Notes under the pieces: model-generated
The model's database searches: none
The model's input: the letters and a program-made list of their open reading frames with translations, nothing else
Told to the model about the DNA's origin: nothing
Position numbers and translations under genes: made by a program
Assembly (NCBI RefSeq): GCF_963921235.1
Contig: NC_086113.1
Coordinates: 45,570,001-45,634,000 of the forward strand
Length of the DNA: 64,000 nt
Source: Mobula hypostoma
Taxonomy: Eukaryota
Reading direction: 5' to 3'
Shown here: piece after piece, positions 1-12,269 of the stretch
Position numbering within the stretch: the stretch's first letter is position 1
Layout: each line of letters begins with the position of its first letter

Positions 1-9
1 GCATCACCA

Positions 10-409
10 GGGAAATTGGATACCCAGTGTTCTGTGATGGGGAGGGAAATTGGATACCCAGTGTTATGTGATGGGGAGAGAGCTGCAGGGAAATTGGATA
101 CCCAGTGTTATGTGATGGGGAGGGAAATTGGATACCCAGTGTTATGTGATGGAGAGAGAGCTGCAGAAAAATTGGATACTCAGTGTTATGTGATGAAGAG
201 AGAGCTGCAGGGAAATTGGATACCCAGTGTTATGTGATGGGGAGGGAAATTGGATACCCAGTGTTATGTGATGGAGAGAGAGCTGCAGGGAAATTGGATA
301 CCCAGTGTTATGTGATGGGGAGGGAAATTGGATACCCAGTGTTATGTGATGGAGAGGGAGCTGCAGGGAAATTGGATACTCAGTGTTATGTGATGGGGAG
401 GGAGCTGCA
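10..409. repeat. Minisatellite of 34- and 44-bp units (core GGGAAATTGGATACCCAGTGTTATGTGATG)
   Basis: Ten units starting at 10,44,88,122,166,210,244,288,322,366. Confidence 0.95.
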
Positions 410-2169
410 GTATCCAATGTAGAGAAAGCAGAAATGCTAGTGCATGCTTTTGTCAAAATACTCAGTTCTAACAATATGAGTATGAAAGGAAAAGGAGAAG
501 AGTTAAAACGTTATTAGAGAACTTAGCAACATTAAGTAAGGAAGCATTAGTGACAGATGAAAATTTTGAGGGTACATTAAATGTGATGTTCACCACGACA
601 GAATTGAATAAAGGTGAAGAAAACGTCTCCTGGGAAGGATCAGTAAGTTAAGTTATGTTTCCTAAATAAATTGAGTGAGCAAGGGAAGAAAGATATTTTA
701 AAGTTATTTAATCATGTATGGGAAAATGAAAAACTTCCTGAAGCATGGAACGAAGCAATCATAGTTCCAATATGTAAACCATGCAAGAATCCTACCAATC
801 CAGCCAGTTATAGACCAATAGGATTAACCTCACATTAATGTAAAACCACGGTAAAATCTATTAATTAGAGATTGTCGTATTATATTGAAACAAGATGGGG
901 GGTTTTTAAATATTGGAGTGGGTTTAGAAGAGGAAGAGGAACCATGGATCCAGATTGATATCTAGAACATGAAGTGAGGAGGGCTCAATTGAACAGAGAA
1001 AATGTAGTAGCAGTATTTGTGATGCAGAGAAAGCATATGATATGATGTGGAAGGAGGTTTGATCATCAAACTATAAAAATTGGGAATTAGATGTTGAATG
1101 TTAAATTGGATAAAAGTTTTTTTAAATTGGTAGATCTATCATTGTGTGAATCTATGAAAGTAAACAAACTAAGGAAAATGGAACCCCTCCATTAATATTT
1201 ATTATAATGATAAATGTTATATTTTTAATATAAATAGTGGTATCAGAGTATCATTATTTGTGGATGAAGGACCTATGTGGAAAAGGGGTGGGAATGTGGA
1301 ATTTATAATACGGAAAATTTAAGAGGCACTTCAAAAGGTGGAAGATTGCAGATTTTCAGCAGAGAACTCCAAAATATTGTTTTTCACTAGGAAGAGGTAG
1401 AGCAATATTTAAAACTAAAACATTATGGTATAGAATTAGAAAGTGTGCATACCTTTAAATTTTTAGGAATTTGGTTTGATAAAAGACACACATAGTCAAC
1501 ACATATTAAAGAAATAATCATCAAAAGTAAGAAAGTGCTAAACGTTATGCGATATTTAGTAGGAAATATATAGGGAGCCAATAGGAAATCCTTGAAAGCA
1601 ATATATTTATATATAGGATTAATAAGATCAATACTGGACTATGGAGGTATGGTATATGGATCAGCATCACACAGTATGCTCAGGAAACTGGATATAACTC
1701 AAAGTTGAGCATTAAGGTTAATCAGTGGGGCGATAATGACAACAGCAGTGATGGCAATGCAGGTGGAGTTGGGAGAGACATTTCGAACTTGCGTTAACGT
1801 ATTGGGTAAACCTACAAGAGCCTGGAGAAAATCACCCAACTAAACAGCTTTCAGATCCATGCCGAGAAAAGGAAAGGAGGAATATCAGAAGTTTTGCCTG
1901 GACTATTGAAGGAAAAGCAAAAAAAACTGGAATTAGTAATAAGGCAGTGAGTGCCGGTGTGCCTCCATAACTGTGTGAAGCACCAGAGATGGATTTTAAA
2001 TTATGTGAAACGAGATGGAAAAAATAAAGAAGTGATGTTAAATAAAGATGTATTGAATCTTATGTAAATAAGTATTATGGATATTTACAGATATACACAG
2101 ATGCTTCAAAAATGGTAGTAGATTAGGGATTAGGATTGATAGTCCCAGATTTTAACACTAAAAAGCAGG

Positions 2170-4497
2170 TGAGGTGCTTTGATTCGGTGGTCTGGACTGT
2201 ATTCAGGAATGCATCTTCGAATCTGGATGAGTATGCTACAGTTGTTACCGACTTCATTAAAACTTGTGTGGGTGAGTGTGTGCCCACAAAGACTTGCTGT
2301 ACATTCCCAAATCAAAAGCTGTGGGTGAACCAGGAGGTACATCATCTGCTGAAGGCTAGATTTGTGGCATTCAAGTCTCACGACCCAGGTCTATACAAGA
2401 AAACCAGGTATGAGTTGCGGAGGGCTATTTCAAGGGTGAAGAGACAAATTTGAACGAGGTTGGAGGCGACATCGGATGTATGACAACTCTGGCAGGGTTT
2501 GCAAGACATTGCCTCCTACAAAGTGAAACCCAATAGCATGAATGGCAGTGATGCTTCACTACCAGATGAACTCAATGCCTTCTATGCCCACTTTGAAAGG
2601 GTGACTAGAACTAGAGTTGTGAAGATCCCTGCTGCTCCTGAAGATCCTGTGATCTCTGTCTTAGAGGCCAATGTTAGGCTGTCTTTAAAGAGAGTGAACC
2701 CTCACAAGGTGGAAGGTCCTGATGGAGTAGCTGGTAAGGTTCTGAAAACTTGTGCCAACCAAACTGGCAGGAGTATTAAAAGACATTTTCAACCTCATTA
2801 CAATGGGCGGAAGATCCCACTTGCTTCAAAAAGGCAAGAATCTTACCAGTGCCTAAGAAGAATAATGTGGGCTGCCTTAATGGAGGCACTCACATCAACT
2901 GTGATGAAATGCTTTGAGAGGTTGATCATGACTAGACTGAACTCCTGCCTCAGCAAGGACCTGAACCCATTGCAATTTGCCTATCGCCATAATAGGTCAA
3001 CGGCAGACGCAATCTCAATGGCTCTTCATATGGCCTTAGACCACCTGGACAATACAAACACCTATGTCAGGATGCTGTTCATCAACTATAGCTCAGCATT
3101 TAACACCATCATTCCCACAATCCTAATTGATGTAACAGAACTTGGGTCTCTGTACCACCCTCTGCAATTGGATCCTCGACTTCCTAATCGGAAGAGCACA
3201 ATCTGTGTGGAATGGTGATAATATATCCTCCTCACTGACGATCAACACTGGCGCACCTCAGGGGTGTGTGTTTAGCCTACTGCTCTACCCTCTATGACTG
3301 TGTGGCTAGGCGTAGCTCAAGTACCATTTATAAATTTGCTGACGATACAACCATTGTTGGTAGAATCTCAGGTGGTAATGAGAGGGCATACAGGAGCAAG
3401 ATATGCCAACTAGTGGAGTGGTGTCTCACACTCAATGTCAGTAAGACGAAAGAGCTGATTGTGGACTTCAGGAAGGTTAAGACGAAGGAACACATACCAA
3501 TCCTCAGGAGGATCAGAAAGTGGAGAGAGTGAGCAGTTTCAAGTTCCTGGGTCCACGATCTAATTGTAAATTTTTTGGTATATTTTCTTTTCTTGCTGGC
3601 AGTTTGATGTTTATTTTTAGAAGCTTTTTGTATGATGCATGGCTCCAGGGTTGTATACCTAATGGGTTCTTTTTTTTTCTCACTTTTTCTGCTTAGTAGG
3701 TTTTTTTTGTTATCACAATTTTTTTTCAATCTTTAAGATAATGTCTTTTTTGAGACATTGTAAGTGTTGTTACTTCAATGTACTCGTGTAATTTCTTTTG
3801 TATAATATAACAATAAAAAGATTTGAAAAAAAAAGGAAGTTCCTGGGTTAAGATCTCTGAGAACCTAACCTGGTCCCAACATATCGATGCAGTTATAAAG
3901 AAGGCAAGACAGAGACTATACTTCATGAGGAGTTTGAAGAGATTTGGTATGACAACAAAACACTCAAACTTCTATAGATGTACCATGGAGAGCATTCTGA
4001 CAGGCTGCATCACTGTCTGGTATGGGGGGAGGGGGCTACTGCACTGGACCGAAAGAAGTTGCAGAGGGTTGTAAATCTAGTCAGCTTCATCTCGGGTACT
4101 AGCCTAGAAAGTACCCAGGACATCTTCTAGGAGCGGTGTCTCAGAAAGGTAGTGTCCATTATTAAGGACCTCCAGCACCCAGGACATGCCCTTTTCTCAC
4201 TGTTACCATCAGGTAGGAGGTACAGAAGCCTGAAGGCACACACTCAGCGATTCACAAACAGCTTCCTCCCCTCAGCCATCCGATTCCTAAATGGACATTG
4301 AACCCTTGAACACTACCTCACTTTTTAATATAGATTATTTCTGTTTTTGCACAATTTTTAATCTATTCAATATGCACATAAGTAAATCAATTACAGTATT
4401 TATTATATTTTCCTTCTATATTATCTATTGCATTGAACTGCTGCTACTAAGTTAACAAATTTCATGACACATGCCAGTGATAATAAACCTGATTCTG
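2170..4497 (+). mobile_element. Rex1/Babar-type LINE, 5' truncated
   Basis: [47 protein letters not shown]; 3' end AATAAACCTGATTCTGAT. Confidence 0.9.
3553..3836 (+). mobile_element. Poly(A)-tailed retroposon 3' end (L1-like) inside Rex1
   Basis: T-rich body, AATAAA, A-tail, 12-bp TSD AAGTTCCTGGGT at 3541-3552 and 3837-3848. Confidence 0.8.
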
Positions 4498-4671
4498 ATG
4501 ATTTCTCAGAGTATACAGGGAAATGACAGCTATACTACTATCTTTGCAGTGAATAGAGGAGGAGAGACCAATGAGAGTTGTAATATTGTCTGATTCAAGC
4601 ACTCAAGCACTACAATCAGGAATCTAAAACATTTACATTCAGAGGCAAAACCAGACATTCTGTATGAGATA

Positions 4672-6252
4672 CAGGTGTTCCCTGCTTTTCGAACCTTCGC
4701 TTTATGAAACCTCACTGTTACGAAAGACCTACATTAGTACCCTGTTTTTGCTTTCAGAAGGTGTTTTCACTGTTACGAAGAAAGGTAGCGGGCGATAAAA
4801 AAATCAGCGCGCGATAAAAGGCAGCGCGCGCCCCAAGCAGCCACTCTCCCCCAGATTCAGAACGGCATTGCTTAAACACGTTGCATTGAGCAGCCGTTAG
4901 CAAGATGCGTTCTAAGGTGTCGGTAAAGCCTGAAAGAGTAAGGGTGTTACACTTAGCGTAAAACTAGACATAATTAAGCATTTCGATCGTGGTGAACGAA
5001 GCAAGGACAAAGTGAGTTTGGCTTGTGGAAGCTGACGAAGATGATGTTGAAGAGGTTTTGGCATCCCATGACTAAGAACTGATACATGAAGAGCTGATGC
5101 AATTGGAAGAGGAAAAGATAACAATCAAAACCGAATGCAGTAGCGAAATGAACGTGAAGCAACTGCGTGAGATTTTCGCTGCAATGATAAAGTACGACTT
5201 TAATTTTGAAAGGGTACGTAGGTTTAGGGGATATTTGCAGGATGGTTTGAGTCCTTACAAACAACTGTATGATAGAAAAATGTGCGAGGCTCAGCAGTCA
5301 AGCAAGCCTTCCACATCAGCCACAACAGATGACGAACCTCAATCTTCGACATCGAGGCGGGCAGTCATAGGAGAAGATGAGCTGCCTGCCCTGATCAACG
5401 ATGAGATGACACCCCCGTGTCCCACCACCCCAACCCCCGGGCCCCGGACAGATACTGTACCGATTCGCGGAGAATGCAGCAGTAGCCGGGAGACACACAG
5501 CACATTTTAAGAAAAAAGCCGAGATAAACATGCCAATTAATTAGGTGCCGCTGACACGTAATTGTCGGCCCAGATCAGAGGCGATGCAATCGGAAATCGG
5601 CACTGATCTGGGCCGACAATTACGTGCCGGGCAGCACCTAATTAATTAGCATGTTTACTTCAGCTTTTTTCTTAAAGATGTGCTGTATGCCTCCCGGCTA
5701 CTGCTGTGTTCTTCGTGGCAATGTATCGGGCCGGCGGCCTGGAGGGTGGGGGCCACTGCACCACCCAACCTGCGACAACTCAGTCTAACACACCATCATC
5801 AGTGTGCTCGGTAAGCTGTCTTCCCAATTCCGGTAAGTGATACTACACTGTACATACATTATTTCTACTTTATATAGGCTGTGTATTGTTACGTGTTATT
5901 TGGTACATTTGGCAGCCTCATAGCTCAAAGGTTACTGGAGAGCGCGTTTATGCCAACAGCGCTTGCGTAAGATTTTCGCTACGGAGATCTGTGCAGGTAA
6001 TCGTTGTAGAGAAGTATTTCTACTTTATATAGGCTGTGTATTTATCATATCATTCCTGCTTTTGCTATATGTTACTGTTATTTTAGGTTTTATGTGTTAT
6101 TTGGCATGATTTGGTAGGTTATTTTTGCGTCTGCGAACGCTCACAAAATTTTCCCATATAAAAAAGTGGTAATTGCTTCTTCGCTTTACGACATTTTGGC
6201 TTACGAACCGTTTCATAGGAATGCTCTGCCTTCGGATGGCAGGGGAAACCTG
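4672..6252 (+). mobile_element. Tigger/pogo-family non-autonomous DNA transposon
   Basis: TA TSDs at 4670-71 and 6253-54; TIR CAGGT(G/T)TYCCCTGC..CGAA; remnant HTH TLSVKLDIIKHFDRGERSKD and transposase C-terminus. Confidence 0.9.
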
Positions 6253-6929
6253 TAATACAATCCTTATTTAGAATTAAAATGACAGGACTCTGTATACGTT
6301 TTAGATGTGGATTCCAGCACATGTTGGTATTAGAGGGAATGAGAGAGCTGATAAATTAGCAAAGGAGGCTACTAGATGATCAGTAGTGGACATTCAAATA
6401 AATTACAGTAAAGGAGAAATTAAAAATATTATTAAAAGTGACATTTTTAAAATGTGGAGAAAACAACAGGATGAGGAGAGAACAGGAAGACATCTTTATA
6501 ATATCCAGAAAGGAGTCGGCTGGTCAAGGAATGCAGGGAGGAGGTGATAATATTGAGATTGAGGTTTGGGCACAATAGTATCTCGCTTTTAATGAAAAAC
6601 GCAATAATGAGAGGTGTGAGTATTTTAATCAACAAGAAATGGTTGGACATATACTGGTGATGTGTTCAAGATATAATCAAGAGAGGGGATGGTTGATTTT
6701 AAAGTTATCACAGAACAAAATATAATTTAAAATTAACAGTATTTTGAAGAAAGGATCACAGGATTATTGGTTTAAATATATAGTGCAGTCCATTAAGAAT
6801 ACATGTCTTTTTCATAGAATGTAATACAGGATTTAGATATCCTGACCTACACTCCCATTCAGAAGGAGGTGCTAGTGCGCCTTAAGGCTGTTTGCCAGCC
6901 GCTATAAATCCTCAGAAGAGGTTCTTTTG

Positions 6930-8440
6930 ATTACTTTGACATTTCACTCCTGGACAAGCAGTCCTGGTGAGGGACTACAGAGGTGATCAAATGTGGGTAC
7001 TTGGAAAGATTTAGGACAGAACTGGACCACTCTCCCACACAGTGGAGATTGCATCTGATGTCAACTGGAGATAACACATGGATCAGTTGAGAAGAGCAGA
7101 GTCAATTGTTGGGGAAGATAGGTGTCCAGAGCTGTCAGGACCACTTCCTGCAGTCCCAGAGTCAACCCCTACAACCACCTGAGAGGAGACTGCAGAACCT
7201 GAGATTGTTTCACAGCCACAAGTCTCTCCTTTCAGGCAGAGTGACCCCCCCCCCTTAATAGACAATAGGTGCAGGAGTAGGCCATTCAGCCCTTCGAGCC
7301 AGCACCGCCATTCACTGTGATCATGACTGATCATCCACAATCAGTATCCAGTTCCTGCCTTATCCCCAAAACCTTTGATTCCGCTATCTTTAAGAGCTCT
7401 ATCAATCTCTTTCTTGAAAGAATCCAAAGAATTGGCCTCCACTGCCTTCTGAGGCAGAGCATTCCACAGAACCACAACCCTCTGTGTGAAAAAGTTTTTC
7501 CTCAACTCCGTTCTAAATGGTTTACCCCTTATTCTTAAACTTTGGCCTCTGGTTCTGGACTCCCCCAACATCAGGAACATGTTTCCTGCCTCTAGCATGT
7601 CCAATCCCTTAATAATCTTACATGTTTCAATCAGATCCCCTCTCATCCTTCTAAATTCCAGTGTATACAAGCCCAGTCGCTCCAATCTTTCAACATATGA
7701 CAGTCCCGCCATCCCAGGAATTAACCTTGTGAAACTACGCTGCATTCCCTCAATAGCTAGAATGTCCTTCCTCAAATTTGGAGACCAAAACTGCACACAC
7801 TACTCCAGGTGTGGTCTCACCAGGGCACTGTACAGCTGCAGAAGGACCTCTTTGCTCCTATACTCAACTCCGCTTGTTATGAAGGCCAACAAGCCATTAG
7901 CTTTCTTCACTGCCTGCTGTACCTGCATGCTTACTTTCAGTGACTGATGAACAAGGACACCTAGATCTCGTTGTACTTCCCCTTTTCCTAACTTGACACC
8001 ATTCAGATAGTAATCTGCCTTCCTGTTCTTGCCACCAAAGTGGATAACCTCACATTTATCCACATTAAACTGCATCTGCCATGCATCTGCCCACTCACCC
8101 AACCTGTCCAAGTCACCCTACATTCTCATAACATCCTCCTCACATTTCACACTGCCACCCAGCTTTGTGTTATCCCCTTGTCAGGAAAGACATTATCCCT
8201 CAAGAGTAAGGCATCCTCCACAGTGATTAAATCTTCAGCCTGAATGGGACAGTTTAAAATTTACTCTGCTGTGGATGTCTATACAGTATAGTAAGTGTAT
8301 ATATAGTTTCGGTATGTATATGGATTAGACTTAAGAAGTACGTGATGGCATACGTCATTTCACCACAACATACAGTATGTGAGCGCTCACTAAACAAAAC
8401 TCCCCGTTCCTGTGTTTTCCTCTTAATTTCTGGAGTTACA
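6930..8440 (+). mobile_element. Gypsy integrase C-terminal/LTR remnant split by a CR1
   Basis: FTPGQAVLVRDYRG...RTGPLSHTVE and ERHYPSRVRHPP remnants lie either side of the CR1 insertion. Confidence 0.65.
7257..8173 (-). mobile_element. CR1 LINE 3' fragment
   Basis: WQMQFNVDKCEVIHFG, LVRPHLE, QFWSP, RMRGDLIE; CCCCTT TSD candidates at 7251-7256 and 8174-8179. Confidence 0.9.
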
Positions 8441-8559
8441 AAATTTGGCAAGTTCCCTCATCAGAAGGGCGCAACAATTCAAGAAGATGACGCACACCAC
8501 CATTATAATGCTACTAGAATTGGGCAATAAATGTACGCAGAGGCCAAAAACGGACACAT

Positions 8560-9385
8560 GTCAGGTGAAAAAGACCGGGCCTCTGTTTATCGCGATCTGC
8601 TCAACATTCACGCCAGAAAGCCTCCACCCCAGAGATCAAACTGATGGGGCTTTTTTCAACCAGCTCCAATGCCACTGCGCGGCTCCTTAAATCAGATGGC
8701 CAGAAGTGTACACAGTTCTCCAGAAGTGACCTCAGTAACAGACTGAGTCACGGCTCGTTCAGCGTGGATCGTCTCTCCCGCTGTTATTGCTCATTTCCAC
8801 TGTAGTAACCGCTTACCGATGTGTGCGGAGACTCCCCTCTAGCGGAAGTATCGATTTCCAGTAGCAGGGCCGTTGGTGCCGATATCGGCGTGACTCCCCA
8901 CCGAGTGCGGGCGGTTTTCTGTCCGGTCCCACCGCACCGTCCACCGCCTCTCCCCTCGGAACTGGCGGCCGTTGGCCGGTGCACAATCCAAGCGTCCAGC
9001 GTGTCCATGGAAACGGCCGTCACGCGTTCTGGGCTTCTCATTGCGGCCACTTCGCCTTCCTCCTCTTCCCCTTCCTTCTGAACTCTCCTTTGACTTGTAT
9101 TTTTTAATTTCAGTTGTTGCATTCTGATGTATTTTATTTATTTAAAATGCAACAGTGTTGCACTTACCAAGTGTTTAATTCACTGCTCGTAAATGTTAAT
9201 ATATCGGATTTTAGCGGCTTTGGAAGTGGTTTTCTGGTACCGCACTGGGCTGGACACCGATGGTTCCTCGGGGAATTGTAGGAGAGCGCGGCAATGCAAA
9301 TTGTCAAACTGCGCTTGAGGGCAGGGAGAGCAACGGCAGCGGAGAATCCAACTAGAGCGAAGAAAAGCAGAAAAAGCCTGGCCGA
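8560..9385 (-). promoter_or_regulatory. Orphan CpG-rich promoter / 5' exons of a minus-strand gene (probable C7orf25/UPF0415 ortholog)
   Basis: Non-repeat CpG-dense island; CTACAATTCCC (minus, 9271-9281); X-box-like GTGTCCATGGAAAC 9001-9014; donors TTG|GTAAGTG at 9168/9167 and TCG|GTAAGC at 8817/8816; gene identity from synteny only. Confidence 0.6.
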
Positions 9386-9394
9386 AGGTGGAAA

Positions 9395-9750
9395 TGAGAT
9401 GATGAGAGGCATTGATGGTGTGGATAGTCAGAGGCTTCTTTTCCCAGGACAGGAATGGCTGACACAAGGGGGCATAGTTTTAAGGTGCGTGGAGGTAGGT
9501 ACAGAGGGAATGTCAGGGTAAGTTTTTCACACAGACAGTGGTGAGTGTGTGGAATGGGCTGCCAGCGACGGTGGTGGAGGCGGATACAATAGGCTCTCTT
9601 AAGAGCCTCTTAGATAGGTATATGGAACTTAAAAAAATAGAGGGCTATGCATTAGGGAAATTCTAGGCAGTTTCTAGAGTAGGTTACATGGTCAGTACAA
9701 CATTGTGGGCCGAAGGGCCTATAATTTGCTGTAGATTTCCACATTTCTAT
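9395..9750 (+). mobile_element. CR1 LINE 3' fragment
   Basis: Matches the 3' end of the 9.8-11.6 kb CR1 (GTGGAATGGGCTGCCAG, GGGCCGAAGGGCCT). Confidence 0.85.
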
Positions 9751-9799
9751 ATTGAAGATACTATTGTTTATTGCAAAGTATCCTGAAACGGGAGGGCAA

Positions 9800-11625
9800 A
9801 TAATCAAAAGTTGCGATATACAAGTATGTGAAGAGCAAGAGGATAAGATGTGAGAGAACAGGACCAATCAAGTGTGACAGTGGAAAAGTGTGTATGGAAC
9901 TGGAGGAGATAGCAGAGGTACTTAATGAATACTTTGCTTCAGTATTCACTACGGAAGAGGATTTTGGCGATCGTAGAGATGACTTCCAGCAGACTGAAAA
10001 GCTTGAGCATGTAGATATTAAGGAAGAGGATGTGCAGGAGCTTTTGGAAAGCATCAAGTTGGATAAGTCTCCTGGACTGGATGAGATGTGCCCCAGGCTA
10101 CTGTGGGAAACAAAGGAGGAGATTGCTGAGCCTCTGGTGATGATCTTTGCATCATCAATGAGGACAGGAGAGGTTCCAGATGATTGGAGGGTTACGGATG
10201 TTGTTCCCTTATTCAAGAAAGGGAGTAGAGATAGCCCAGGAAATTATAGACCATTGAGTCTTACTTCAGTGGTTGGTAAGTTGATGGAGAAGGTCCTGAG
10301 AGGCAGGATTTATGAACATTTCGAGAGGCATAAAATGATTAGGAATAGTCAGCATGGCTTTGTCAAAGGCAGGTTGTGCCTTACGAGCCTGATTGAATTT
10401 GTTGAGGATGTGACTAAACACATTGATGAAGGTAGAGCCATAGATGTAGTGTATATGGATATCAGTAAAGCATTTGTTAAGGTAACCCATGCAAGGCTTA
10501 TTGAGAAAGTAAGGAGACATGGGATCCAAGGGGACCTTGCTTTATGGATCCAGAACAAGCTTGTACACAGAAAGCAAAGAGTGGTTGTAGACAGGTCATA
10601 TTCTGCATGGAGGTCAGTGGCCAGTGATGTGCCTCGGGGATCTGTTCTACGACCCCTACCCTTCATGATTTTTATAAATTACCTGGATGAGGAAGTGGAG
10701 GGATGGGTTAGTAAATTTTCTGATGACACAAAGGTCCGGGTGTTGTGGATAGTGTGGAGGGCTATCAGAGGTTACAGCGGGACATCGATAGGATGCAAAA
10801 CTGGGCTGAAAAGTGGCAGATAGAGTTCAATCCAGGTAAGTGTGAGGTGGTTCATTCTGGTAGGTCAAATATGGTGGCAGAATATAGCATTAATGGTACG
10901 ACTCTGGCAGTGTGGAGGATCAGAGGGATTGTGTGGTCCGAGTCCATAGGACACTCAAAGCTCCTGCGCAGGTTGATCCTGTGGTTAAAAAGGCATATGG
11001 TACTTTGGCCTTCATCAATCGTGGGATTGAGTTTGAGAGCAGAGAGGTAATGTTGCAGCTATTTGGGACCCTGGTCAGACCCCACTTGGAGCACTGTGCT
11101 CAATTCTGGTCGCCTCACTACAAGAAGGATGTGGAAACCATAGAAAGGATGCAGAGAAGATTTACAAGGATGTTGCCTGGATTGGGGAGCATGCCTTACG
11201 AGAATAGATTGAGTGAACTCAACCCTTTTCCTTGGAGTGAGGGAGGATAAGAGGTGACCTGATAGAGGTGTACAAGATGATGAGAGGCATTGATTATGTG
11301 GATCGTCAGAGGCTTTTTCCCAGGGCTGTAATGGCTAACTCGAGAGGACACAGTTTTAAGGTGCTTGGGAGTAGGTACAGAGGGGATGTCAGGGGTAAGG
11401 TTTTATGCAAAGAGTGGTGAGTGCGTGGAATGGGCTGCTGGCAATGGTGGTGGAGGCAGATATGATAGGGTGTTTTAAGAGGCTCCTGGATAGGCACAAG
11501 GAGCTTAGAAAAATAGAGAGCTATGGGCAACCCTAGGTAATTTCTAAAGTAAGTACATGTTCGGCACAGCATTGTGGGCCGAAGGGCCTGTATTGCACTG
11601 TAGGTTTTCTGCGTTTCTATGTTTC
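9800..11625 (+). mobile_element. CR1 LINE ORF2 (RT) fragment with 3' tail
   Basis: ORF 9828..10823 PGNYRPLSLTSVVGK, SQHGFVKGR, KFSDDTK; frameshifted; TTCTATGTTTC tail. Confidence 0.93.
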
Positions 11626-11964
11626 ATATAGCAAAAATATACTACAAGACAAAGGGGTGATGGCCTCCAAGCGGTTTGCAGGAAGCTTGGGGAAAAAAGA
11701 TTGGGGCCTCAGTCGTATGAGTTTAGCTACTGTTCTGCATATTACCAGATATTCTGAGCGATGCTGGGTAGAAGATAACATTGTTTCCTACAGCATAAGA
11801 TGTAACCAACATTATGCTTTAGTAAGGCTTGTTTGCTGCTTTTGAAATTACTGTTTGACGATCAACATTTTTATGGTATATTTGGGGGGAATAGTACGTT
11901 AATGAAGCGATCAGGAATGCCTCAATTTTAGATTACGTAAACCAAGTTCAGTTTGCCTGAATTG

Positions 11965-12130
11965 GGGGCGCCACGATAGCGTAGGGTTTAGCACGACGCT
12001 ATTACAGCTCAGGGGCTTCCAGAGATAGTAGTTCAATTTTGGTTGTGCGTTCTCCCCATGACTGCGTGGGTTTTGTCCCAGAGTCCAAAGACATGCCGGT
12101 GGGTAGGTTAATAGGTCACAAGTGTTAAAT
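11965..12130 (+). mobile_element. V-SINE/HE1-like SINE
   Basis: TTCTCCCCATGACTGCGTGGGTT...TCCAAAGAC domain; related copies near 36560-36740, 36955-37230 and 45148-45455. Confidence 0.65.
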
Positions 12131-12269
12131 AGGTGGGTTGCTGGGTGGTGCGTCTCTTTCGACAGCTTTGTTCCACCAAGCAAATTAGAACGCTGCTCAT
12201 AAAGCTAGAAGCACAAAGATGGCATTTAATGGATAGAGTTGAGATAACAATGAATTGAGATGGCAGGAG

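Larger units (their letters stand above)
420..6920 (+). mobile_element. Degenerate RT+RNase H LINE (I/Nimb-like) in three pieces: 420-~2165, ~4498-4669, 6255-~6920
   Basis: Translated remnants WNEAIIVPICKP..SYRPIGLTS (RT), QIYTDASK and WIPAHVGIRGNERADKLAKEA (RNase H); many stops; interrupted by Rex1 and Tigger. Confidence 0.8.

Noticed and set aside
10-474. CRISPR-like look of the array and its repetitive ORFs (16..237, 183..422, 142..474)
   Set aside because: No unique spacers, no cas genes and a eukaryotic context; the ORFs are by-products of a 78-bp stop-free period
5097-5510. 137-aa ORF (and its 25791..26162 paralog) as a TIGD-like domesticated gene
   Set aside because: Lies in multicopy TIR/TA-flanked elements that lack the DDE core
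8784-9467. Overlapping ORFs in the CpG island as standalone genes
   Set aside because: No recognisable homology; long ORFs are expected in GC-rich DNA; kept only as a possible 5' exon
9828-10823. 331-aa ORF as a host or domesticated RT gene
   Set aside because: 5'-truncated, frameshifted CR1 ORF2 with an altered catalytic motif (FSDD) and an ordinary CR1 tail
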